Assembly: GCF_963676685.1 (NCBI RefSeq)
Contig: NC_092351.1
Span: 83,948,001-84,012,000, forward strand
Reading direction: 5' to 3'
Origin: Mytilus edulis
Lineage: Eukaryota
Length of the DNA stretch: 64,000 bases
Shown here one piece after another: positions 23,640 to 34,554 of the stretch. The notes under the pieces are model-generated. The model had not been told where the DNA came from. It made no database searches and saw only the letters and a program-made list of their open reading frames with translations. The position numbers and the translations under genes were made by a program. Numbering within the stretch: the first letter of the stretch is position 1; the number at the start of each line of letters is the position of its first letter.

Positions 23640-23911
23640 GGTGGTACCTAACACTTTCACTAAAATTAATTTGGCTCGTTTAATTTTCATAAAATTTTGT
23701 CAAAGTATTTACTTTGAGACTTTAATAAAGATGTAAAAATTTAAATTTTTTGAACCAACCGTTTTGTCAGAAAAATTACACTGGCTATATAGCAATATGA
23801 CAAACACCAATTTTGATCATTGAGAAGCTTAATATTCCTTTTACAACACAACATAATTAAAACGTTTAGATGACTTCACAGAGTTATCTCCCTGTAATGT
23901 TAGGTACCACC
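23640..23911. mobile_element. MITE with 14-bp TIR and TTAA TSD (Kolobok-like)
   Basis: ttaa|ggtggtacctaaca...tgttaggtaccacc|ttaa. A reverse copy lies at 43467-43751. Confidence 0.85.
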
Positions 23912-24063
23912 TTAATAACTTTACATTGGATCTGAGTTTGAAGCAATTTACACTTAAATGCTGTAAACCTAGGGTATATATCAAAAGATCAGAAAACAAA
24001 TGGTTGTATATGTATTTTAAAAAATTATATAAACAAGTTGCAATACAAATATATCTACATGAA

Positions 24064-24068
<5 letters not shown>

Positions 24069-24094
<26 letters not shown>
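24069..24094. repeat. (AT)n microsatellite
   Basis: Uninterrupted AT run. Confidence 0.9.
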
Positions 24095-24100
<6 letters not shown>

Positions 24101-24589
24101 TACAATAGTTATGTATATTTGAAATCTACAAATGATGATCATACAAATTGAAGCTATCACATGACAACAAAAATGACACACCCATTTTCAATAGATCCAA
24201 ACCTTAACCATGAGCATGTCAAACACAAATATTTGTCCTAGTTATCTAGCAGGCTTCACCCAATCAAATAGGGTGATATTTGCGCCAAGAATACAACCAA
24301 TAACATGGACAGTTTTAATAATAGCATGATAGGATTTTTTTATTTTATAGCATAATTAAATTTAACCAATTGAACCTCACTTCTCGGTTCATTATTTAAT
24401 TTTATATCATTCATTTATCAATTGCTCAGTGTATAGCTAGCGTCTTCATATTTCATATTTTCTGATGAATTTTATCTTCAATTTTATTTTGTATTTTATG
24501 GAAAGTTTTACTGATACATTGTATATCATTTTAGTATTTTATGATAATTTCATGTTTTTTGTTGAATGATTTTATCTTTATACATGTTA

Positions 24590-24801
24590 TACTGTGGATT
24601 CATTTACTTTCGTGGGTACCAATTTTCGTGGATTGATGAAAGCTTACATTTTCGTGGATATTTGATTTCTTGGTTTTGCCGAAGTCTGCGTACAAGCCAT
24701 AGGAAAATTTGTCATTCGTTGAACATTTAATTTCGTGGTTCAACTGTTTCCACGAAATCCACGAAAATTGGTATCCAACGAATAATAATGAATCCACAGT
24801 A
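24590..24801. mobile_element. TA-flanked MITE (ctgtgg...ccacag)
   Basis: TIR tactgtggattcattt...ttcgtgggtaccaattttcgtggatt / aatccacgaaaattggtatccaacgaa...atgaatccacagta. Degenerate relatives at about 43400-44109 and 23000-23205. Confidence 0.8.
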
Positions 24802-25673
24802 GTAAATACACAATTTATAAGAGTTTTATTTAATCTACAATGTTATTCAGAAAGATTCTTGAGAAGCCAAAGAAGGCCTCTAACCAAAATGTCTTATAAA
24901 TGGTTTATTTACTACAATAATGTAAAGTATGTTCCCTTATGGAATTTCTACTCATTGAAGAATGTTTTTTATTTAATTTTAGTCCATCCAGAAGTTATTT
25001 TATCTTGGTTATTGACTGTTTGTACATAAGAACTTAGTAGTAAAAGAAAGAAGGACTTGTATTTTAACATTGTTTTTGCTAAAGATACTCCTTTAATGAA
25101 ATTTTTGTAATATAGCAAATTAAAGTGTTTGCCAAATCAAATTTGATGAACCTGAAAATTACAGAAAACTGAAACAGATTAAGCTGCTTCATGTTGTTTT
25201 TCAGTCAGAAAAAGAACTTACAGTGTTATATTTAAGCAGTTTAATCATTATAAGAAATATAATTTCATTTTTACAAGGGTTTTATCATGAATTCAATAAA
25301 TAGTCGGACTTTTTCTTATAATTTTTAGCTATTATTAGTTTTGTGTACCAAATGCTTATTGTAAACTGTATAGTTGTAAGGGGTACGCTAAATCTTGAAA
25401 GAATGCTGCAATATTTGCATGTTTAAAGAATCCTTAAAACCTTATAACCATGTTATCATGGTAACTAATTTACACCAAAACCTGGTGAAAGATACACATA
25501 AAATTTATATAAAACCACAGTCACATGACTGATTTAAGAGATTTTTTTTTAATTATTGACATTTACATAAATCTGTTGATCTGATATTGTTGCAATGTAA
25601 TGATAGTTTTTACATTAAAAAAATTCAAATATTATAGTCTTGCATTTTAATTACCTCCCCATTTGGTGGATAG

Positions 25674-27098
25674 ATAAAATTGAGAAAGGAAATGGGTAAT
25701 GTGCCAAAGAGACAACAACCCGACCATAGAAAAAAATAACAGCAGAAGGTCACCAACAGGTCCTCAATGTAGCGAGAAATTCCCGCACCCGGAGGCGTCC
25801 TTCAGCTGGCCCCTAAACAAATATATACTAGTTCAGTGATAATGAACGCCATACTAATTTCCAAATTGTACACAAGAAACTAAAATTAAAATAATACAAG
25901 ACTAACAAAGGCCAGAGGCTTCTGACTTGGGACAGGCGCAAAAATGCGGCGGGGTTAAACATGTTTGTGAGATCTCAACCCTCCTCCTATACCTCTAGCC
26001 AATGTAGAAAAGTAAACGCATAAAATTACGCACATTAAAATTCAGTCCAATAGAAGTCTGAGTCTGATGTCAGAAGATGTAACCAAAGTAAATAAACAAA
26101 ATGACAATGATACATAAATAACAACAGACTACTAGCAGTTAACTGACATGCCAGCTCCAGACTTCAATTAAACTGACTGAAAGATTATGATTTCATCATA
26201 TGAACATCAGGCACAATCCTTCCCGTTAGGGGTTTAGTATCATACCATCATAACATATATGAGAACATAACCCGTGTCATGCCAACAACTGGTTTTTGAA
26301 TAAATGTGTTTAGTTCCGATGCAAAGACCCTATAAGTGAATCAATATTAACGCCAAAATATGCAATCTTTAATGACCTGACAACAGTATCGTAACTATAT
26401 CCCTTCTTAATAAGTCTATTCAAAGGTTTTGTTAGTTTTTGAGGTGAATGCTGACACCTTTGTGCTTTATAAAGAATATTTCCACAAAAAATTGGATGTG
26501 AAATACCTGAATGTATAAGAAGTCTGCATGTTGAGCTATATTTACGAATGATGTCCTTATACCGATGGTAAAATTTAGTAAATGTTTTGACTAGTTTGTG
26601 ATATCGAAAACCCTGGTGTAATAATTTTTCAGTAATACATAAATTTCTCTTGTTAAAATCTAAAACATTGTTACATACACGAGCGAATCTGAAATATATA
26701 AACACGGTAAGATGGTGACAAGGGAAAATTTATGATAAAAGAGATGATTTTTCATTTCCTATCGTTAATTATCCATTTTTAGATGGTGACAAGGGAACGT
26801 CACCATCTAAAAATGGATAATTAACGATAGGAAATGAAAAATCATCTCTTTTATCATAAATTTTAGTATTCAGCTTTCTGTTAGTGATATAGATATCAAG
26901 ATCGAGGAAAGGACAGTGGTCATTGTTAGTATTAGCTTTATTTAAAGTAAGTTCAGCAGGATAAAGCAGATGTAAAGTTTTGATGTACAATGATTTTCTC
27001 GCTTTGTTGATGACCCCATGGTGGCCTTCGGCTGTTTTCTGCTCTTTGGTCATTTTGTTGTCTCTTTGACACATTCCCCATTACTTTTCTCAATTTTA
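25674..27098 (-). mobile_element. 5'-truncated Penelope-like retroelement (Naiad-type RT C-terminus + 3' UTR) with an inverted terminal copy
   Basis: Minus-strand YPAELTLNKAN...CPFLDLDI...KIYDKRDDFSFPIVNYPFLDGDVPLSPS, then RFARVCNNVLDF...KLLHQGFRYHKLVKTFTKFY...SLHRN* (stop at 26310) with no C-terminal GIY-YIG. The 3'-end repeat (family B) is at 25674-25770 and inverted at 27005-27098. Confidence 0.88.
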
Positions 27099-27556
27099 AT
27101 GGTGGATATATAAGCATATTTAGTATTAACCCTTCAGAGCAAGAAGAAATATTAAATTGCTTGAATTTATGATGAGTAATTGAGACTTGAAATATGTTTA
27201 CTTCAACGGGTTGGGGGTCCTAGATCATGTTTTTTTTATTCTTTATTTGTTTCTCCCATTATTCTCTTTTCTTTATATATATCAAAAATAAAATCAAAAT
27301 ATAACCTATATGTTTAAAGGTCTAAAGGTTTCAGCTGCTGACGGTTCGGGTCAATTGTGTATTCTTTGTCCAAAACGGACGTTGATCAGAAAAGACAAAA
27401 AAATGGACGTAGATTAGATAGGCATTACATTAACCGTCGATTTGGAAGGATATTTTATTGTGACGTCAGATTTGGACGTCGATATGAGGAACGGATGTCG
27501 ATTAGAGACAGGACGTCGATCTGAGTCTTACATATATACAAAACACTTATCACCCT

Positions 27557-27651
27557 CTCACAGACTGATATTACAAAGGGCAACACCTGTTACCGTCCTC
27601 ACAGACTGATATTACAAAGGGCAACACCTGTTACCGTCCTCACAGACTGAT
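27557..27651. repeat. 41-bp tandem repeat (2.3 exact copies, degenerate copies to ~27870)
   Basis: ctcacagactgatattacaaagggcaacacctgttaccgtc at 27557 and 27598, partial at 27639. Confidence 0.85.
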
Positions 27652-30600
27652 CATACACAACGCGTGTATTAAACTTAACACCTATTACAGACACATATAA
27701 TTCACAACATATTTTACTTTCATCATAGTGTGATGATTCACAACGTTTCCTTCCCTCTTAACAGAACTATGAAACACAACATTTGTTACAGTTCTCACAG
27801 ACTGATTATAAACGGTCAATTATAGACTTGTTATGCACAACACTTGACAGTTGTTACCATTTTCACAGACTTTCTAATATCTTGACTTATACTAGTATAT
27901 GAAAATTATCACTGAGGGTGGATTAAGAACAAATTTTGTGACTTAGTATAATTTCAATCTAACAATTGTGAATTTTCCTTTTATATGTGGAAACATTTCA
28001 TCGGTTCTGTTAAACTCGCGTTATTTAAGTGTCCCTTACTGTAAATCGATAAAAGTGCTTCGGATGCACGCAATTCATTAAGTGTTGTTTTCTTTTTATA
28101 AGAATTTGGCTCAGCGTTAAGTCTTGTAGAAACCAGGGCGAAACCCTCATTGTGACTTGGAGACGAAAAACAGCGACAAAAGCGCTATTCCTTCGTTTTA
28201 AATTGCCGCGCATGCATGTATCGGTACCTCGACCCGTACAGGGTACTGATTTTATGTCATGGATAGATACTCCATAATTATATATATATATCTTTTGTTT
28301 TTCTATCCATAAGTAATTATACATTCATTCACTAATCTAGACTAATGTGACATGTTTTCATTCTGAATATGATTTGCTAGGGAACGTTTTACAGCCGTCT
28401 ATCCATCTTTCCGAAAAATATTGGGGTTTATATTAAAACCAGTGGACAATACTTTTACTGCCGTATACGATTTGTTATAATAATTTGACATTGAAATGCT
28501 TCAACTAACAAAATTAAGTTAAATGTTCAGTTGTTTTGCGTTAGATTTGCAAGTGCATTGTTAGAGCTTTGAAGTAGGAATCACTTGTTTTGGTAGATGC
28601 TGCTTTGACAGAATCCATATAATCAAAGTGATGGAAATCACTCATGGAAAGATTAGAAGAGTAGTTTGAATTATTTCATATTAAGGTATGGTAGGGAAAA
28701 ATGAACATTTATAAAGCACTATTGCTGAAAATTGCATTTACAGCAGCTCTTTAGAAGGAAACTTGCTTTTCCAGTATGAGGATAAAATGAGCTCAAATTA
28801 AATAATATGGATCTCTTAATTTGTACGATTTTATTTAAACTGCAGTTTATATCTTATCGAAATCATGTTGCTGGTTCTGAACATGTTTAAAACAAAAACA
28901 AAAAAAGGCAAAAATTCTTCTAGAAAATGTTACCAACTATCCTTGTAAGACATAAATCTGGACCAACAGCTTAAAACTTTAAAGTGTCAACAAAAAAAAT
29001 GTTGTTTTGAGGCATTTTGTAAGTTGAAACAGAGTTTATATGACACTGAAGATTAAAAGTTTTAGAGTGCCTTTTGGTCAACTTTTTAAGTATTTTTCAA
29101 CACAGGGCAATGAAAATGTACTTTTTCAACGTAAACCAATTAAAAACTTATCTTATTGAAATGTGGATTCTTTCTTGATTGCAAAAATATATATTCACTT
29201 CTAATAAAAATTCAAATGACTAAAATAGACATAATGATTGATGGGAAATAAACTAATAAACAATGGTTTGTTATAATTTAAAGTTTTAAAATTTTTAAAC
29301 TGTTTCAAGCCAATTCCTGATAAAAAAAAAAGTGTACTAATTTAATTACAGATGATTATTGGAAATTTATGAAGTAAATTATAGGCCTTACTTGAACACC
29401 TTTTATTTATTCATATTTATATTCATATTTCATTTTTTTTAAGATCTTGTTCATCCATTTATCACTTATCTTTCAGATATAATTTACAGAATCACTTTAT
29501 GTAATGTAGATCAAAAGTAATTGGCAATAAATAAATCTATCATCCTTATAAATATCAAACATCTATACACATTTGTGTATTCAATTATGAGGTCAAATAC
29601 TTGTTTATTAAGAATTATATTGAGTGGTCTGGATAATTATGTAAGACTGAGGTTGATAGGTAATGTGGTCAATTTGATTGGCAGTTTAGGAGGTGGGGCA
29701 TTGTAATTAAAGGTCCACCTTGTCTCTGATTGTTTAGTGATAATGACAGTTGTCAATCATACTAGTTGAATCAATACCCAGTTACCTAATCAAAATGTTT
29801 TTTAAAAAGCCTGCACATCAACACACCTTAATGACATACATTATTGAATGAACTGCTCCAATAATATACCCAGTTTTTTTCAGTTTATATGTGTATTATG
29901 TGCACATACATCAGAACCATAGGGAACTATATTTCAGTGTGAATACATTTAGTAACAGTAGCTAACCTGTCCTGTTGTTAGGGAGGCCGGTGCCTAAGTA
30001 AAGATTTAGAACAAGTTCTAATCTTTCCAAAAATGTATAAAAGTATGTAACACGATAGTACATTTGTCAATGGTTTAATTTTAGTATTTTGTTTAAATCA
30101 CATTATATGTAGTAGCTGACGCACGCGGATAATTAACACCTCTTCGGATGTCTTCTAAAGGCGCGACACATTAAACGAAACGTCATACGTTCTGTTTTAA
30201 GAATAATTTCTGAGTGTTCGTCATACAATAAGTGAATTAGTCAAATTGGTATTTGCGATTTATGTATAAAAAATATGATGTGGTATAATTGCTAAGAGAC
30301 AATTCACAACTAGTGACAAAATGACGTAGAATTTAATGTAGTTGTAGAAAATCTTTACATTCTCTGTGGAATTTCCCAGTTGTGCGATGCAATGTAACAC
30401 CACGTGTTTGTAATGCAGAACATTTTGAAAATGATATCATGCATTGTGGTTTTTCCGGCAAAAGTTCCAATACTAAATGAATGTCATTATTTTAAACCTT
30501 TTAATCATTTATTGATAGAAATGCAAGGAACGGTCGGACATCAACAGTATAACGAAACAAAACATTATTTCTCAGTCACTGTAAAGAGTGATAATATTAT

Positions 30601-31004
30601 TATTTTTAAAAGACATACTAAATATATAGACAATAAAACAGCTTTGATTAATTGGTTCTCATTGTGTTTACCTTGAATTAGTTGCTATAGTTACAAGACT
30701 TTAATCTTCTGAAATTAATATTGATTTTCGTGTTATGGAATGCTCATCTTATTACTATCACAAATATAATGTCTCTCTGTATAGCGATCTAGATATTGTC
30801 CCTTTCAAAATGTGTAACATCTCACAACAGACATGCACAGTTGCAAACTAGACCCATTGGTAGCCTTCTGATGTTTTCTGTCCTTTGTTCGGCTTACTGT
30901 ATCTTTTGACCATTTCCCATTTTCATTCTCAATTTTATCATAGTATATGCACAATTGTAATGTAATAATGGGTGAAAATTACTTACAGAATATAATCATA
31001 ATTA

Positions 31005-31285
31005 TAAAGGCAACAATAGTATACCGCTGTTCGAAATTCATAAATCGTTTGAGAAAAAAACTAATCCGCGCTACAAACTAAAACCGAGGGAAACGCATCA
31101 AATATGAGAGGAGAACTACGACGCAACAGAAACACAACATTAAATGTAACTCACACACAAACGAACTATAATATAACAATGGCCATTTTCCTTACTTGGT
31201 ATAGGACATTTCAAGAAAAAAAAATGGTGGGTTGAACATTGTTTTGTGGCATGCCAAACCTCCCGCTTTTATGGCAATGTTAAAT
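31005..31285 (-). repeat. dispersed repeat family D (probable Penelope-like 3' end)
   Basis: taaaggcaacaatagtataccgctgttc... Related copies at 33487-33772 and 36885-36942. Confidence 0.65.
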
Positions 31286-31958
31286 ATATATTTTTTAATA
31301 CATCACCGGTTTTTTTCTTCTTTTTAAACTAAAATGTGTTATAATTGTAAACGAAACTACTATACACATGAATTACCTAATGTTACTTGAAAATACGTAT
31401 ACGCAATTTATAGTATGCATGCTGATCTTTTATTGACCGAAAACCTCAACACCTCCCAGACTTTCGCGCAGATTCCTCCCCTATGATTAAGATAATTACC
31501 GACATAACCATCACTGAACCTTAGACATAAACGTACTTATGCAACACTCTATCTAGACGGATTATAGGCTTGCGGTCAAACTGGTGATCAGTGCTGGTGA
31601 CGGCTCATTGTTAGGAAAAATCAAAGTTGAAAGATATTATACCGTTTTTGAGAAGGTGTTTAATGGATCGTCGAGACTAAGTGTCCATACAGATCATTAA
31701 TCACGACACGAGAACATTAGTTTTCTTGCTAATCGAAGAAATTTGATTATCAACACGTTCATGTTATGTGAACAATTAGTTTTTAATGTATTGTCTAGCG
31801 CTTTTTTAACCAGAGTTAATTATAAAAAGGAAATAATTATCCTTATTCGGAGATACATAATATTTTTCATTAAGTTTACTGTAAACAGCTGAATTAGTTT
31901 GTCAAAGTATTGTGTAATTCTATTCCTTCCATATTTGATGCCATGACTTGGCAAAAGT

Positions 31959-33271
31959 AACTAGAGGCTCTCAAGAGCCTGTGTCACTCACCTTGGTCTA
32001 TGTGCATATTAAACAATGGACACATATAAATTCATGACAAAATTGTGTTTTGGTGATCATGATGTGTTTGTAGATCTTACTTTACTGGACATTCTTCTTG
32101 CTACAGTTATCTCTATCTATAATGAACTTGGCCCAGTAATTACAGTGGAAAATATATTCTACAAATTTACAAAAATTTACAAAAATTTATGAAAATTGTT
32201 AGATAATGACTATAAAGGGCAATAACTCCTTAAGTGGTAACTTGACAATTTTGGTCATGTTGACTTATTTGTAGATCTTACTTTGCTGAACATTATTGCT
32301 GTTTACAGTTTATCTCTATCTATTATAATATTCAAGATAATAACCAAAATCTGCAAAATTTCCTTAAAATTACTAATTCTGGGGCAGCAACACAACAACA
32401 GGGTGTCTGTTTTGTCTGAAAATTTCAGGGCAGATAGATCTTGACCTGCTAAACAATTGATCCCTTGTCAGATTTGCTCTAAATACTTTGGTTTCAGAGA
32501 TATAAGCCAAAATCTACATTTTACCCTTATGTTCTATTTTTAGCCATGGCGGCAATTTTAGTTGGTTGGCAATGTCACGCCACTCATTTTGTAAACTAGA
32601 TACCCCAATTATGATTTTGGCCAAGTTTGGATTAATTTGGCCCAGTAGTTTCAGAGAAGAAGATTTTTGTAAAAGATAACTAAGATCTACGAAAAATGGT
32701 TAAAAATTGACTATAAAGGGAATTACTCCTAAAGGGGTCTACTGACCATTTCGGTCATGTTGATCTTTTTGTAAATCTTACTTTGCTGAACATTATTGTT
32801 GTTTACAGTTTATCTCTATCTATAATAATATTCAAGATAATAACCAAAAACAGTAAAATTTCCTTAAAATTGTCAATTTAGGGGCAGCAACCCTACAACG
32901 GGTTGTCCGGTTCATCTGAAAATTTCAGGGCAGATAGATCTTGACCTGATAATCAATTTTATCTCCATGTCAGATTTGCTCTAAATGCTTTGGTTTTTGA
33001 GTTATAAGCCAAAAACTGCATTTTACCCCTATGTTATATTTTTAGCCATGGCGGCCATCCTGGTTGGTTGGCCGGGTCACCGGACACATTTTTTAAACAA
33101 GATACCCCAATGATGATTGTGGCCAAGTTTGGTTTGATTTGGCCCAGTAGTTTCAGAGGAGAAGATTTTTGTAAAAGTTAACGACGACAGACGACGGACG
33201 ACGACGACGGACGCCGGACGCCAAGTGATGAGAAAAGCTCACTTGGCCTTTTAACCCAGGTGAGCTAAAAA
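31959..33271 (-). mobile_element. HINE/Helentron-associated element with ~505-bp internal tandem repeats
   Basis: Minus strand: tttttagctcacct...gtgagct, (GTC/GTCC)n microsatellite, core repeats (ttggcccagta anchors at about 32129, 32637 and 33139), subTIR aggtgag, terminal hairpin aggctc-ttga-gagcct then ctagtt. Confidence 0.85.
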
Positions 33272-33486
33272 TAGTAGGATATTCAAAATCGATTCATTTA
33301 TTGATGTTTGAATGCTTAACCTGTAGAAGCAAATAGTTCAATATGTAAGAAGGAAAATCTTTCATATACAACATACCACCATTAAAGTTAGTTCCACCAA
33401 GCTACCAATTGACCCTTAAAAGAGATATTTCATGGTGCTGAGACACCATCTGCATTTGAACTCCAAGATCCCCCAAAGGGCATATA

Positions 33487-33772
33487 TAAATAAAGACAAC
33501 AGTAGTATACCGCTGTTCAAAACTCATAAATCCATGGACAAAAAACAAAATCAGGGTAATAAACTAAAACCGAGGGAAACGCATTAAATATAAGAGGAGA
33601 ACAACGACACAACACTAAAATGTAACACACACAGAAACGGACCAAGCATCAGACAAAATCCAACAAATATAACATCAAAACCAAATACATGAATTTGGGA
33701 TAGACAAGTACCGTGACACGTCTTATCGCAATGTGAAATTACACTCAAAAATAAGAGAAAACAAACGACGCA
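33487..33772 (-). repeat. dispersed repeat family D copy
   Basis: taaagacaacagtagtataccgctgttcaaaactcataaatccatggac..., homologous to 31005 and 36885. Confidence 0.65.
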
Positions 33773-33901
33773 TATAATTTTCATTATTCAATGCTTTCAA
33801 TCAATTAGCTTTTTGTAGATGTTCTGCTGATCAGTTTTGTGGTTTTCTCCCATTTTTGTTTTCTTTTCAGAAAAAGGCAAAAAACCGAAAATTAGTGAGA
33901 C

Positions 33902-33984
33902 CATGGAAGTATTATATTGACAGGAACTACAACGATTAATTAGCATTTATTTATAACCCGGGTAGCCAATATAATACTTCCATG
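33902..33984. mobile_element. 83-bp MITE, 18-bp TIR, 7-bp TSD (P-element-like termini)
   Basis: TIR catggaagtattatattg / caatataatacttccatg. TSD gtgagac at 33895-33901 and 33985-33991. Confidence 0.85.
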
Positions 33985-34554
33985 GTGAGACATAATTCGT
34001 TTTGCAATAATTCCAGGAGACTTTTGATAATTGTGTGGGAATATGAAGTGGGTTGATCAATTTGATCTAAACATTTTTGTCGCTGACTGACTTAATTCAT
34101 ATTTTTTTTAAAACGATTAAAGCATTTTACATTCTAGACCATGCTCGTTTAAAAACAACACACTTTAAATCCGATCACTTAGGAGAATTGGGAGAAGTTA
34201 GGTTGATTTGACATTTTGGTTCAGAGTAAAAGTTTGTTTTTAAGTTTACGACCACGACGGATGCACGACGGAGGCAAAGCAATGACCAAAAGCTCTTACT
34301 TTTCCATCTTTTAAGCTCATTGTGGTATCGTTCAAACAGTCGTTTTTCCGATATATTGTACCGCAGTAGAATCTTGTGTACTCTTTTGTAAGACCTTCAT
34401 TTGGTAAATAAAACAATACTCAGTTTGAATACACTGGAAACGTTTTATAATTGAAAATATGACATTCAAAAACTTATACATAGGCTGGCTTAGGTTACAA
34501 TTAAGGTTTTGATTCTCACTGAAATTCAAACTGACGAAAGTATCATTGCCACAA

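Noticed and set aside
26140-26215. SECIS-like element in the PLE 3' UTR (also checked 56900-56960)
   Set aside because: ATGA is present, but I could not build a proper GA quartet with an apical AA, and no in-frame UGA was seen in the coding fragments.
28025-28690. CpG-richer stretch with a 99-aa ORF and a small hairpin
   Set aside because: No recognisable protein motif, stops in the neighbouring frames I translated, and no definable element boundaries.
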